Origin: an uncultured Chloroflexia bacterium
GTDB lineage: Bacteria > Chloroflexota > Limnocylindria > Limnocylindrales > CSP1-4
Direction of reading: 5' to 3'
Assembly: GCA_963813225.1 (NCBI GenBank)
Contig: CAWEYB010000005.1
Span: forward strand, 200,252-264,251
DNA length: 64,000 bases
This document shows positions 50,927-60,929 of this stretch, piece by piece. The number at the start of each line of letters is the position of its first letter. Position 1 is the stretch's first letter. The notes under the pieces are model-generated. The model saw only the letters and a list, made by a program, of their open reading frames with translations, was not told the origin of the DNA and did not search any database. The position numbers were made by a program, and so were the translations under genes.

Positions 50927-51004
50927 GGTCACTCTCGGCTCCCACCAGATGCGAGCAGTCGCCCGGAGAGGGCCGCAGCGAGCCAGGAGCGGAGCCGGCG
51001 ACCC

Positions 51005-51420
51005 TTAGCCCGGCTGTCGGCCGCCGATCCGTCGCAGCTCGATACTCGTGCAGCGGTCCATCACGACCTCGAGCCCGCCCTCGTGCGCGACCACCGCCGC
51101 GTCCCACGCGACGATGCCGAGCTGGAGCCACAGCCAGCTGGCGCCGACATCGACCGCCTCGCGGGCATGCGGCAGGCACAGCTCAGGCCGCCGGAAGACG
51201 TCGACCAGATCGACCGGGCCGGTCGCCGCGACCGCGTCGGCGATCGTCGCGAAAGCCGGCATCCCATGGACCTCGCGCTCGTTCGGGTTGACGGGGACGC
51301 ACTCGTAGCCCTCCGCCAGCAGATGACGCATGACCCCGAACGAGGCACGGCCCGGGTTCGAGGACGCGCCCACCACGGCGATGCGGCGCGTCGCCCGAAG
51401 CGCTCGCTCGATGCCCGCAT
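51005..51420 (-). CDS. CoA-binding domain protein (YccU-like); probable 1-nt frame break right after the start codon
   Basis: Motifs: RIAVVGASSNPGRASFGVMRHLLAEGYECVPVNP...VDLVDVFRRPE...DRCTSIE. The ATG at 51420 is in frame +1 relative to the domain. Confidence 0.55.
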
Positions 51421-51495
51421 CGTCGAGGACCGGGACCGGACCGCGGCCCTCGACGAGATCGAGATAGGCGGCCGCGCGGTCGCGCTCCTCGCGTG

Positions 51496-52572
51496 TCAGG
51501 TCGCGGCCTCCCGCTCGTACGGCTGGCCATCGGCGGCCGGTGGGATGCTCCGCCCGACGAACCCGGCCAGCACGACGATGGTCACGAGATAAGGGAGCGC
51601 GTCGTAGAACTGGCCGGGGATCGACAGCAGGCTCGTCCCGAGCTCGCCGCTGGGTGGCGCGAACTTGATGATCTGGCCGAGCGCCTGCGACGAGGAGAAG
51701 AGCAGAGCCGCCCCGAACGCCCCGACCGGCGTCCACCGCCCGACGATCATGGCGGCCAGGCCGATGAACCCGCGGCCGCCGGTCATCCCGGCCTGGAACG
51801 AGTTGCTGGCCTCCATGGACAGGTAGGCGCCGGCCAGGCCGGCGAGGACGCCTCCGTACAGGACGTTGCGATAGCGGAGCCGGATGACGTCGATGCCGAC
51901 GGTCTCGGCGGCCTTCGGATGCTCGCCGACGGCACGCGACCGGAGTCCCCAGCGCGACCGGAACAGCCAGATCTGGAACCCGATCACGATCACGATCACC
52001 GACATCGCGATCGGGCCCTGGTTCAGGAACATGGCCAGGATCCAGCCGATGACCGGCAGATCCGTCACCTGCGTCGGCGGCACGAACGGCGGAAAGTATC
52101 CGGCGCTTTCCGGTGAGCCGGCCGAGACGATCGTGTACAGATAGGCCGTTAGCCCGGCCGCCGCGATGTTGATGATCGTCCCGCTGATGATCTGGTCGGC
52201 GCGGACCGAGATCGATAACCAGGCGTGCAGGAGGGCGACCCCGACCGCCGACAGGACCGCGAGGACGAACGCGATCACGAGGGCCGGCGTCATGCCGAAG
52301 AAGGGCGACGGATCGGCCGGCAGGACGGGCGCCAGGACGACGCCCACGATCCAGCCGACGAAGGCCGCCGTCAGCATCATCCCCTCGATGCCGATGTTGA
52401 CGACCCCGGACCGTTCGCACATGACGCCGCACAGGGCGGCGAGCACGATCGGGGTCGCCGACTGGAGGATGATCGGCGCGTTCTGGGGGAGCACCTCGAT
52501 CAGGTAGCCGGCGAACTGGAAGAGGAAGCCGAGGACCGGGATCGCGTACAGCGCGTTGATCAGCTGGTCCAT
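51496..52572 (-). CDS. Nucleoside/BMP-type ABC transporter permease (second)
   Basis: Intact 358-aa ORF with about 9 TM segments. Its ATG overlaps the stop of the upstream permease (TGATG). Confidence 0.8.
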   Translation of the reverse strand: MDQLINALYAIPVLGFLFQFAGYLIEVLPQNAPIILQSATPIVLAALCGVMCERSGVVNIGIEGMMLTAAFVGWIVGVVLAPVLPADPSPFFGMTPALVIAFVLAVLSAVGVALLHAWLSISVRADQIISGTIINIAAAGLTAYLYTIVSAGSPESAGYFPPFVPPTQVTDLPVIGWILAMFLNQGPIAMSVIVIVIGFQIWLFRSRWGLRSRAVGEHPKAAETVGIDVIRLRYRNVLYGGVLAGLAGAYLSMEASNSFQAGMTGGRGFIGLAAMIVGRWTPVGAFGAALLFSSSQALGQIIKFAPPSGELGTSLLSIPGQFYDALPYLVTIVVLAGFVGRSIPPAADGQPYEREAAT

Positions 52573-53729
52573 CAGGAGACCGCCTCGCGTCCGTACGAGC
52601 GGGTGATCGTCTCGGTGGCCCCGAGGTTGCCGCTCACGCCCCGGAGGCGGAACACGCGGGTCAGAACGGGACCGATGACCAGGAAGAGCAGGATCATGGC
52701 CTGGATGACGTCGATCAGCTCGGGCGGGATCCCGGCATCGATCTGCATGAGGCCGGCGCCCGCCCGCATCGCCCCGAACAGCAACCCGGAGAAGATGATC
52801 CCGACCGGGTTCGACCGCGCGAGCAAGGCGACCGCGATCGCATCGAAGCCGACGGTCGTCCCGAACGAGCTTGTCATCTCGTGGGTGACGCCGAGCACGA
52901 TGCACGTCCCGGCGAGACCCGCCAGTGCCCCGCACATCGACATCGTGAGGATGATCAGTCGCTTCGGTCGCATGCCGGCGTAGCGGGCGGCGTCGGGGTT
53001 CGCCCCGACGGTCCGGATCTCGAAGCCGAGGGTCGTCCGCTGGAGAAGCCAGCGGACGGCGAAGACCATCGCCAGCGCGATGATGATGCCGAGGTGGCCG
53101 TTGTCGCCGATCAGGATCGGGAACGCCGCGTTCCCGACGTCATGGGTGATCGGCGATGGTGAGCCGGGCACCTTGAGCGGTCCGCTGACGGCCCACGCCA
53201 GGATCGAGATCGCGACGTAGTTGAGCATGATCGTCGTCACGACCTCGTGGGCGCCCGAGACCGCCTTGAGGATGCCCGGGATGAACCCCCAGGCACCGCC
53301 GGCGATGATCCCGGCCGCGACAGCGATCGGGATCGCGATGACCGGCGGCTGGTCCGCGACGGCGACACCGGCGGTCACGGCGCCGAGGGCCCCGATGAGG
53401 AACTGGCCCTGCGCGCCGATGTTGAACAGGCCCGCCTTGAAGCCGAGCGCGACCGACAACCCCGCGAGGACGAGCGGAACGGTCTCGTCCAGCGTGTTGA
53501 CGATGGCGCTCAGGCTGCCGACGGAGCCCTTGATCAGGGCGACGTACGCTGTGACGGGCAGGAGCCAGTCGAACTGATGATCCGGGAGCAGGAGCTCCGA
53601 CCCCAGGATCACGATGGCACCGACCAGCAGGCCGAGCAGGATCGAGACGAACGGCAGGCCGGCCGTCCTCCATAGGCGCGCGACGAGGTTGCGGGGCGCC
53701 GGGGCGGCCGGCGCCGCGGGCGAGGTCAT
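52572..53729 (-). CDS. Nucleoside/BMP-type ABC transporter permease (first)
   Basis: Intact 385-aa ORF with multiple TM segments and a branched-chain/ribose-type permease fold. Confidence 0.8.
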   Translation of the reverse strand: MTSPAAPAAPAPRNLVARLWRTAGLPFVSILLGLLVGAIVILGSELLLPDHQFDWLLPVTAYVALIKGSVGSLSAIVNTLDETVPLVLAGLSVALGFKAGLFNIGAQGQFLIGALGAVTAGVAVADQPPVIAIPIAVAAGIIAGGAWGFIPGILKAVSGAHEVVTTIMLNYVAISILAWAVSGPLKVPGSPSPITHDVGNAAFPILIGDNGHLGIIIALAMVFAVRWLLQRTTLGFEIRTVGANPDAARYAGMRPKRLIILTMSMCGALAGLAGTCIVLGVTHEMTSSFGTTVGFDAIAVALLARSNPVGIIFSGLLFGAMRAGAGLMQIDAGIPPELIDVIQAMILLFLVIGPVLTRVFRLRGVSGNLGATETITRSYGREAVS

Positions 53730-55306
53730 GCGCCCGGACCGGCGACGGTCGTCGCCTCTGCCGGCGCGTGGGTCGCCCGGCCGGTCGCCATCAGGAGACC
53801 GACCACGTTCTTGTCCGCGGTCCGCCCATCGACCGTCTCGACGATGGCGCCCCGATACATCACGGCGATCCGATCGGACATCTCGAGGACCTCGTCAAGC
53901 TCGGCCGACACCAGCAGGATCGCCGTCCCCTCGTCCCGCATGCGGAGTGCCTGCCGGTGGATGAACTCGATGCTGCCGACATCGAGGCCGCGCGTCGGCT
54001 GGTCGAGGATGAGCAGCTTCAGCGCCCGATCGAACTCGCGTGCCACCACCAGCTTCTGCTGGTTCCCGCCCGACAGCGTGCCGGCCGATACCCTTGGGGA
54101 TGGCGCCCGGACGTCGTACTTCGCGATGCCTTCCGCGGCCGCCTTGTCGATGGCCGTGAAGTCGCGCAGGACCCCGTGGGCGAACGGCTGACGGTAGTAG
54201 CTGGTCAGGACCATGTTGTCGGCGAGTGAGAACGGCAGGACCAGCCCGAACCGGTGCCGGTCGGCCGGCACGTAGGCGACGCCGGCCTCGTTCATCGCGC
54301 GCGGGGGGTTCGCGGTGACCTCCTTGCCCGCCAGCTCGATCCGGCCGGACGCGACCTTGCGCAATCCGATGATCGCCTCGACCAGCTCGTCCTGGCCGTT
54401 GCCCGCGACGCCGGCGATCCCGAGGATCTCACCCGCCCGGACCTCGAGGTCGACCCCGCGCACGGCGGGATTGCCGCGGTCGTCGGACACCTGCAGGTCG
54501 GTGATCTTCAGGACCGACGCCGCCGGGTGCGACTCGCCGCGATCCACCGTGAGCTCGACCGCGCGTCCGACCATGAGTTCCGCGAGATCCGCCTCGTTCG
54601 TCTCCGACGGGACCCGTTCGCCCACGACCTTGCCTCGGCGGATGACCGTGATCCGGTCCGCGATCTCGAGGACCTCGTAGAGCTTGTGGCTGATGAACAG
54701 GATGCTGTGACCCTGGGCTGCCAGCCGGCGCAGGACCTGGAAGATCTCCTCGGTCTCCTGCGGCGTCAGGACCGCGGTCGGCTCGTCGAGCACGAGGATC
54801 CGCGCATCGCGGTACAGCGCCTTGAGGATCTCGACACGCTGCTGCCAGCCCACCGACAAGGAGCCGACCTTGGCGTCGGGGTCGATGTCGAAGCCGAAGC
54901 GCTCTCCGAGCTCCCGGATCCGTCGACTCGATTCCTTCCGGTCGAGGAACACCGGGTTGGCCATCGTCTCGTCGCCGAGGAGGATGTTTTCGGCGACGGT
55001 GAAGACCGGGACCAGCATGAAGTGCTGGTGGACCATGTTGATGCCGCGGGCGATCGCGTCCGACGGGCCGGCGATGCGGACCGGCTGACCATCGAGCAGG
55101 ATCTCCCCCTCGTCCGGCCGGGCAAGGCCATAGAGGATGTTCATGAGTGTCGTCTTGCCGGCGCCGTTCTCGCCGAGAAGGGCGTGGATCTCCCCGGGCT
55201 TGACGTCGAGATCGATCGAATTGTTCGCGACCACGCCGGGATAGCGCTTCGTGATGCCGCGCATCTCGAGAGCGGGTGCTCGAACCGCTTCCACCGGGTT
55301 GGTCAT
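53726..55306 (-). CDS. ABC transporter ATP-binding protein with two nucleotide-binding domains
   Basis: Intact 526-aa ORF. Walker A GENGAGKTT, signature LSVGWQQRV, and a second NBD with GVAGNGQDEL. Confidence 0.88.
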   Translation of the reverse strand: MTNPVEAVRAPALEMRGITKRYPGVVANNSIDLDVKPGEIHALLGENGAGKTTLMNILYGLARPDEGEILLDGQPVRIAGPSDAIARGINMVHQHFMLVPVFTVAENILLGDETMANPVFLDRKESSRRIRELGERFGFDIDPDAKVGSLSVGWQQRVEILKALYRDARILVLDEPTAVLTPQETEEIFQVLRRLAAQGHSILFISHKLYEVLEIADRITVIRRGKVVGERVPSETNEADLAELMVGRAVELTVDRGESHPAASVLKITDLQVSDDRGNPAVRGVDLEVRAGEILGIAGVAGNGQDELVEAIIGLRKVASGRIELAGKEVTANPPRAMNEAGVAYVPADRHRFGLVLPFSLADNMVLTSYYRQPFAHGVLRDFTAIDKAAAEGIAKYDVRAPSPRVSAGTLSGGNQQKLVVAREFDRALKLLILDQPTRGLDVGSIEFIHRQALRMRDEGTAILLVSAELDEVLEMSDRIAVMYRGAIVETVDGRTADKNVVGLLMATGRATHAPAEATTVAGPGA

Positions 55307-55393
55307 CGGCGCAGCGACCCTCGGTGCGGTTGATGTTCGAACGGGCCGGCCGAGGATCGGCCGGCCCGTTCGGTCTGTGCTAGGTCCTCGACG

Positions 55394-56599
55394 CTACTTG
55401 GAGTAGACGCCGCAGCCCGTCGTCGGGCAGGTCTGGAGCGTGCCGGCGACCATCGCCGCCAGCGCCGTGTCGAGCTTGGTCTGGATGTCCGGGGTGATCA
55501 ACGCGGCGAGGTCGTGGCCCGGCGAGGCGCCGATGCCCTGGGTCTTCGCGTTGAAGAGCACGTCGCCGGCGAGCTTCTGGCCCGCTGCGAGCTCCTGGAT
55601 GACCGTGCCCGTCGCGAGCTGCAGGTGCTTCTCGGCGCTGGTCACGATGCACTTGGCGGCGTTCGGGTAGGACAGTGCCTGGTCGACGTCGACGCCGATC
55701 CCGTAGATGTTGGCGTCACAGGCGGCGTCGAGGACGCCGTTGCCGGTCTTGCCGGCGACCTGGAACAGCACGTCCACCTTGTTGGTCGTGATGAACGACT
55801 GGGCGAACTTCTTGCCACCGACCGGGTCGTTGAACGCGGCGTTCGAGAAGTCGTTGGTGACGTACGCGGTCTTGACGACGACCGACGGGTTCACCGACTG
55901 CGCACCGAGGGCGTAGCCCTGGATGTAGCGCACGCACGGGGCGCACAGGGTGGTGCCACCGATGGCGCCGATCGTGCCGGTCTTGCTGACGGAGCCGGCG
56001 ACGATGCCGGCGAGGTAGCCGGCCTGGTCTTCCTGGAAGTCGATGGAGATGTAGTTCGGCGCGACGGTCTTCGGATCGGTCGGGCAGGGGACCGTGAAGT
56101 CAGCCGTCCCGTCAGCCTTGAGGCAGATCGGACCCTGGTCGACACCGATGAACTGGACGGTCGGGTTCTTGACCGCCGCGACGCCGGTGGCGGCCGCGTT
56201 GTTGAAGCCGACCGTCACGATCATGTCGAACTTCTGGTCGATGAAGGCCTGGATGAGCGTCGCGTACTGGGACGGGTCCTTCGGGACGACGGCCGGCGGA
56301 GCGTCCGCGCCGATGGCGGCCGCCGCGGCGGTGACGCCCTTGTAGGTGTACTCGTTGTAGTTCTTGTCGTCGAGTGTCCCGATGTCGGTGACGACGCCGA
56401 TCTTCAGGTCGGAGTGCGCGGCCGAGGCCGCGGCCGAAGCGGAGGCTGACGGTGCCTCCGAGGCCGGCGCCGATGGTGCGGTCGTCGGGGCGGTCGTCGC
56501 TGCCGCGGACGGCGCGGTCGACGCACCGCTGCTGCTACAGGCGGCGACCAGGATGGACAGGGCCGCAAAGAGGCCCAGTCCGGTACTGCGGATGCGCAT
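55394..56599 (-). CDS. BMP-family (Med/PnrA-like) ABC substrate-binding lipoprotein, copy 1
   Basis: Intact 401-aa ORF with a lipobox (LVAAC) and a BMP fold (IGVVTDIGTLDDKNYNE...). A strong SD GGAGGAGGA precedes it. Confidence 0.85.
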   Translation of the reverse strand: MRIRSTGLGLFAALSILVAACSSSGASTAPSAAATTAPTTAPSAPASEAPSASASAAASAAHSDLKIGVVTDIGTLDDKNYNEYTYKGVTAAAAAIGADAPPAVVPKDPSQYATLIQAFIDQKFDMIVTVGFNNAAATGVAAVKNPTVQFIGVDQGPICLKADGTADFTVPCPTDPKTVAPNYISIDFQEDQAGYLAGIVAGSVSKTGTIGAIGGTTLCAPCVRYIQGYALGAQSVNPSVVVKTAYVTNDFSNAAFNDPVGGKKFAQSFITTNKVDVLFQVAGKTGNGVLDAACDANIYGIGVDVDQALSYPNAAKCIVTSAEKHLQLATGTVIQELAAGQKLAGDVLFNAKTQGIGASPGHDLAALITPDIQTKLDTALAAMVAGTLQTCPTTGCGVYSK

Positions 56600-56668
56600 G
56601 TGTCCTCCTCCAGATCCGGGACGGAACCGCCCGGGACGGTGTGCTGACCACGGATGCGTTCGGTCAGG

Positions 56669-56693
56669 GGTCGGTCGACCCTCCCGACCGACC
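56669..56693. other. Perfect 9-bp inverted repeat GGTCGGTCG, N7, CGACCGACC between the two BMP lipoprotein genes (intercistronic hairpin)
   Basis: Seen in the sequence. Read on the minus strand it lies 3' of BMP copy 2 and 5' of the strong SD of copy 1. Confidence 0.45.
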
Positions 56694-56762
56694 GCTCGCG
56701 CACATCCTAGCGACAGCGGGCGTGGGACGCCAAGACCGTGTGCGCGACGACTCGATGGCGGG

Positions 56763-58010
56763 TCAGTCGCCGATCTTCGGGGCGGGGGTCTTCCCGCACG
56801 CCGGCGCCGGTGGGCAGGTCACGAGCGTCCCTGCCTTCATGCCGCTGATCGCGGTGTCGATCCGGGTCTGGATGTCGGCCGGCAGCCGGCTGGTCGCGTC
56901 GTAGAACGACGCGACAGCGATCCCATCGTTGGTGGCGTCGAAACGGGTCAGGCCACCAGTGGCCGTGCCCGCCGAGATCGCCACGATGGTGGCGGAGATC
57001 GACGAGGCGTAGCTCTTCTGGGCGCTGGTCAGGATGCAGGGCTGGGAGGCCGGATAGCTCACGTACTGGTCGACGTCGACGCCGATGGCATCGATCCCGG
57101 CGGCGCACGCCGCGTCGAGGATGCCCTTGCCGGTGAGGGTGTCGGCACCGGTGACCCCGGCTGCCTGGAACAGCACGTCGACGGCCGGGTACTGGTTGAG
57201 GAACTGGGTCGCGAAGGTCTTCCCGGCAGCCTGGTCGGAGAACCCGACCTTGCTGTCGTTGTCCGACACGAAGGCGGTCTTGACCTTGATCGTCGGATCG
57301 ATCGATCTTGCGCCGAGGACGTAGCCCTGCATGTACCTGACGCACGGACCGCACACCGAGACGCCGCCGATGGCGCCGACGGTCTTCGACTTGGTGGCGG
57401 ATCCGGCCACGATCCCGGCCAGATAGCCGGCCTGGTCCTCGGCGTAATCGAGCGCGATGTACCTGGGGAGCAGCTTCGAGATATCGCCCGAGCAATCCTT
57501 CGACGTCGGGTCATAGTCGCCAGCGGCATCGATGCAGGGGTGCTGGTCGACACCGATGAACCAGGTGTTCGGGTTCTTCTTGGCCGCCGCAGCGGTGGCC
57601 GGCCCGAGGTTGACGCCGGTTGTGACGATGACGTCGAAGTCCTGGTCCACCAGCGCCTGGATGAGCGGCGCGTAGTCGGCAGCGGACTCGGGGACGACGA
57701 CCGGTGGCGGATCCGCCCCGATGGCGGCCGCGCCCTGCTGGGCTCCCGTGAAGGTGTATTCGTTGTAGCTCTTGTCGTTGACCGCACCGACGTCGGTCAC
57801 CACGCCGATCATGAGGTCGGAATGGGCGCCCGAGTCGGACGGCGCGACCGAGCCCGACGGGGCGGCCGACGGTGCGCTCGAAGCATCGCTCGTCGCGGCA
57901 GCGGTCGCGTCCGGTGACGTCGACGGGCTCCCGTTGGTGAGGCTGTCACAGGCGGCGGTCGTGATGGACAGGCCCACCAACAAGGCCAGGCCGGCGCTCC
58001 GGATGCGCAT
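56763..58010 (-). CDS. BMP-family ABC substrate-binding lipoprotein, copy 2 (tandem paralogue)
   Basis: Intact 415-aa ORF with a lipobox (TTAAC). It is homologous to copy 1 throughout. Confidence 0.85.
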   Translation of the reverse strand: MRIRSAGLALLVGLSITTAACDSLTNGSPSTSPDATAAATSDASSAPSAAPSGSVAPSDSGAHSDLMIGVVTDVGAVNDKSYNEYTFTGAQQGAAAIGADPPPVVVPESAADYAPLIQALVDQDFDVIVTTGVNLGPATAAAAKKNPNTWFIGVDQHPCIDAAGDYDPTSKDCSGDISKLLPRYIALDYAEDQAGYLAGIVAGSATKSKTVGAIGGVSVCGPCVRYMQGYVLGARSIDPTIKVKTAFVSDNDSKVGFSDQAAGKTFATQFLNQYPAVDVLFQAAGVTGADTLTGKGILDAACAAGIDAIGVDVDQYVSYPASQPCILTSAQKSYASSISATIVAISAGTATGGLTRFDATNDGIAVASFYDATSRLPADIQTRIDTAISGMKAGTLVTCPPAPACGKTPAPKIGD

Positions 58011-58119
58011 CTGTCTCCTCGAGGCCCAGTGATCGGTCCCGCCCCGGACGGTCCGAGCGGCAAGGGTAGCCGGATGAGTCCGGAAGCGCCTGCGGAGGTC
58101 GCTGCGCTACCCTTCGGAC

Positions 58120-59055
58120 GTGGCTGGCATCCCGATCATCCTCGACTGCGACCCCGGCCATGACGACGCCCTGGCGATCGTGCTGGCCCTCGCGCGACCG
58201 GAGCTGCGGCTGCTCGCGATCACGACCGTGGCCGGCAACGCCGGGCTCGAGCGGACGACCCGCAACGCGCTCCGGGTGCTGACCCTGCTGGACCGGACCG
58301 ACGTGCCGGTGGCTGCCGGCGCGGAACGCCCGATCGTCCGCGAGCCATGGGTCCCGGTCGAGGTCCACGGAGTCTCGGGGCTCGACGGCGCGGACCTCCC
58401 CGAACCCGCGGTCGGCGTGGCCGCCGTCACGGCGGTGGAGCTGGCGAGCGGGCTCCTTCGGGCGGCCGAGGAACCGGTCACCCTGGTCGCGACCGGGCCC
58501 CTCACGAATGTCGCGCTCCTGCTTCGTGCTGCGCCGGGCCTGCGCGACCGGATCGCGGCCATCTCGCTGATGGGCGGCTCGCTCGGCGAGGGCAACACGA
58601 CCGCTGCGGCCGAGTTCAACATCTGGGCCGACCCGGAGGCGGCGGCCATCGTGTTCGAGGCGGGCATCCCGATCAAGATGGCCGGTCTGGACGTCACCCA
58701 CCAGGCGCTCGTCCTGCCTGCCGACATCGCCCGGCTCGACGGGCTCGGGACGCGGGCGGGTCGCGTGTTCGCCGACCTGATGCGCTTCTTCGCGATCCAC
58801 CATCGGGACCGGTACGGCTGGGATGGGCCGCCGATCCACGACGCGGTCGCCGTGGCGTGGCTGGCCGAGCCCGGGCTCGTCCACTCGTCCGAGCTGCGGA
58901 TCGACATCGAGACGGCCGGGATCCACACGCGTGGCCGGACGGTCGCCGACCGCGAACGCCTCACCGGCCGACCGCCGAACGCCACGGTCGGCCTCGAGAT
59001 CGACCGCGCGAGGCTGATGGACGTCGTGGTCGATGCGGTCGGGCGGTTCGCGTGA
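58120..59055 (+). CDS. Ribonucleoside hydrolase (IunH/RihA family)
   Basis: Intact 311-aa ORF with the DCDPGHDD Ca-binding fingerprint. GTG start. Confidence 0.85.
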   Translation: MAGIPIILDCDPGHDDALAIVLALARPELRLLAITTVAGNAGLERTTRNALRVLTLLDRTDVPVAAGAERPIVREPWVPVEVHGVSGLDGADLPEPAVGVAAVTAVELASGLLRAAEEPVTLVATGPLTNVALLLRAAPGLRDRIAAISLMGGSLGEGNTTAAAEFNIWADPEAAAIVFEAGIPIKMAGLDVTHQALVLPADIARLDGLGTRAGRVFADLMRFFAIHHRDRYGWDGPPIHDAVAVAWLAEPGLVHSSELRIDIETAGIHTRGRTVADRERLTGRPPNATVGLEIDRARLMDVVVDAVGRFA

Positions 59056-60320
59056 CCGGCTCGCGCGAGGTCACGACGGCCGATCCTGCGACCAACGCCA
59101 CCGCCGTCACGCCGCGCTCGCTCGGGTTCGACCCGGCCGATCCTGCGTTCATCGCCGATCCGTACCCGGTCTACCGCCGGCTCCGCGAGGAGCATCCGAT
59201 CCTGTGGAACCCGGACACGGACCAGTGGCTGGTGTCGCGGCACGCCGATGTCAATCGCCTGTTGCGGGACCGCCGGGTCGGCCGGACCTATCTCCACCAG
59301 GCCACGCACGCCGAGTTCGGCCGACCGGAGCCGCCCGCCTCGCATGCGCCGTTCCACGAGCTCAACGACGCGGGGATGCTCGACCTCGAACCGCCCGATC
59401 ACACGCGGCTGCGCCGGCTGGTCCTGCGGGCGTTCACGCCGCGGACCGTCGAGGCGATGCGCGGCCGGGTCCAGGCCATCGTCGACGGCCTGATCGACGA
59501 CCTCGCCGGGGCGGGCGAGATCGATCTCATCGCCGACTACGTCGAGCCGCTGCCCGTGACGGTCATCGCCGAGCTTCTCGGGGTCCCGGCCGCGGACCGT
59601 CACCTGCTGCGGCCCTGGTCGGCGGACTTCTGCCTGATGTACGAGATCGATCCCAGCGAGGAGTCCGCGAGGAAGGCAGTGGCCGCGAGCGTCGCCTTCG
59701 GGGCATACCTGCGGGACCTGCTGGCCGACCGACTCCGGCGACCCGGCGACGACCTCATCAGCGCCCTCGCCGCGGTCGTCGATGACGGCGACACGCTGAC
59801 CGAGACCGAGCTGATCGCGACGTGTGTCCTGCTTCTCAACGCCGGGCACGAGGCGTCGGTCAACGGCGCAGGCAACGGCTGGTGGTCGCTGTTCCGTCAT
59901 CCGGCGGCTCTCGCACGTCTCCGGGCGGAGCCATCGCTGATGGATACCGCGATCGAGGAGCTGCTGCGCTTCGACACGCCGTCGACGCTGTTCGAGCGGT
60001 GGGTCCTCGAGCCGGTCGAGGTCGGCGGGGTCGATCTCCCGCGTGGGGCCGAGATCGCCCTGCTCTTCGGGTCGGCGAACCGCGATGCCACCGTCTTCGA
60101 GCGGCCCGACGATCTCGATCTCGCCCGCGACCCGAACCCGTACCTGTCCTTCGGCGCCGGTATCCACTACTGCCTGGGCGCGCCGCTGGCGAAGCTCGAG
60201 CTCGGGGTCGCGTTCGAGACGATGCTCCGGCGCATGCCGGGGCTCGAGCTCGTCGAGCCGCCTCGCTGGAAGCCGACCTTCGTCCTGCGCGGGCTCGAGG
60301 CGCTGCGCGTCCGGGTCTGA
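59052..60320 (+). CDS. Cytochrome P450 monooxygenase
   Basis: The GTG overlaps the hydrolase TGA (GTGA). It has an EELLR K-helix and the heme loop FGAGIHYCLGAPLA. Confidence 0.85.
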   Translation: MTGSREVTTADPATNATAVTPRSLGFDPADPAFIADPYPVYRRLREEHPILWNPDTDQWLVSRHADVNRLLRDRRVGRTYLHQATHAEFGRPEPPASHAPFHELNDAGMLDLEPPDHTRLRRLVLRAFTPRTVEAMRGRVQAIVDGLIDDLAGAGEIDLIADYVEPLPVTVIAELLGVPAADRHLLRPWSADFCLMYEIDPSEESARKAVAASVAFGAYLRDLLADRLRRPGDDLISALAAVVDDGDTLTETELIATCVLLLNAGHEASVNGAGNGWWSLFRHPAALARLRAEPSLMDTAIEELLRFDTPSTLFERWVLEPVEVGGVDLPRGAEIALLFGSANRDATVFERPDDLDLARDPNPYLSFGAGIHYCLGAPLAKLELGVAFETMLRRMPGLELVEPPRWKPTFVLRGLEALRVRV

Positions 60321-60323
60321 CCC

Positions 60324-60920
60324 GTGCGTTACGTGGCGCTCGGGGACTCGTACACGATCGGGACGTCCGTGCCGCCGGCCGATCGCTGGCCGGACCAGCT
60401 CGTCCGCGCCCTTGGACCGGCCGAGCCGACCCTCCGGCTCGTCGCGAACCTGGCCGTCAACGGCTTCACATCGGCCGACCTCGTTCGGACCGAGCTGCCG
60501 GCCGTCGCTGCCCTCGAACCCGGCTTCGTGACCGTGCTGATCGGCGTCAACGATGTCGTCCGGCGTGTCCCGCTCGAGCGCTACGCGGCCAACATCGCGA
60601 CGATCCTCGGGGCGCTGTTGGAGGTCGTGCCGGCCGACCGCATCCTGACGGTGTCGACTCCCGACTACACGGTCACGCCCGCCGGCGCCGACTACGGCGA
60701 TCCACGGCGGCAGCAGGACGGCATCGTCGCCGTCAATGGGACGCTCGCGCGGCTCGCCGCCGACCGCGGCATCGCCCATGTCGACATCGTCGACCTGTCG
60801 CTGCGCGCCGCCACGGACCGGCGTCTGGTCGCGCACGACAGGCTCCACCCGAGTGGCGCGCAGTACGCGACCTGGGTGGAGAGGATCCTGCCGGTCGTCG
60901 AAGGTCTCCTCGCGCGCTGA
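60324..60920 (+). CDS. SGNH/GDSL-family hydrolase
   Basis: It starts 3 nt after the P450 stop. Block I is GDSYT and block III is GVND, with a catalytic DxxH near the C-terminus. Confidence 0.75.
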   Translation: MRYVALGDSYTIGTSVPPADRWPDQLVRALGPAEPTLRLVANLAVNGFTSADLVRTELPAVAALEPGFVTVLIGVNDVVRRVPLERYAANIATILGALLEVVPADRILTVSTPDYTVTPAGADYGDPRRQQDGIVAVNGTLARLAADRGIAHVDIVDLSLRAATDRRLVAHDRLHPSGAQYATWVERILPVVEGLLAR

Positions 60921-60929
60921 CCCGTCCGG

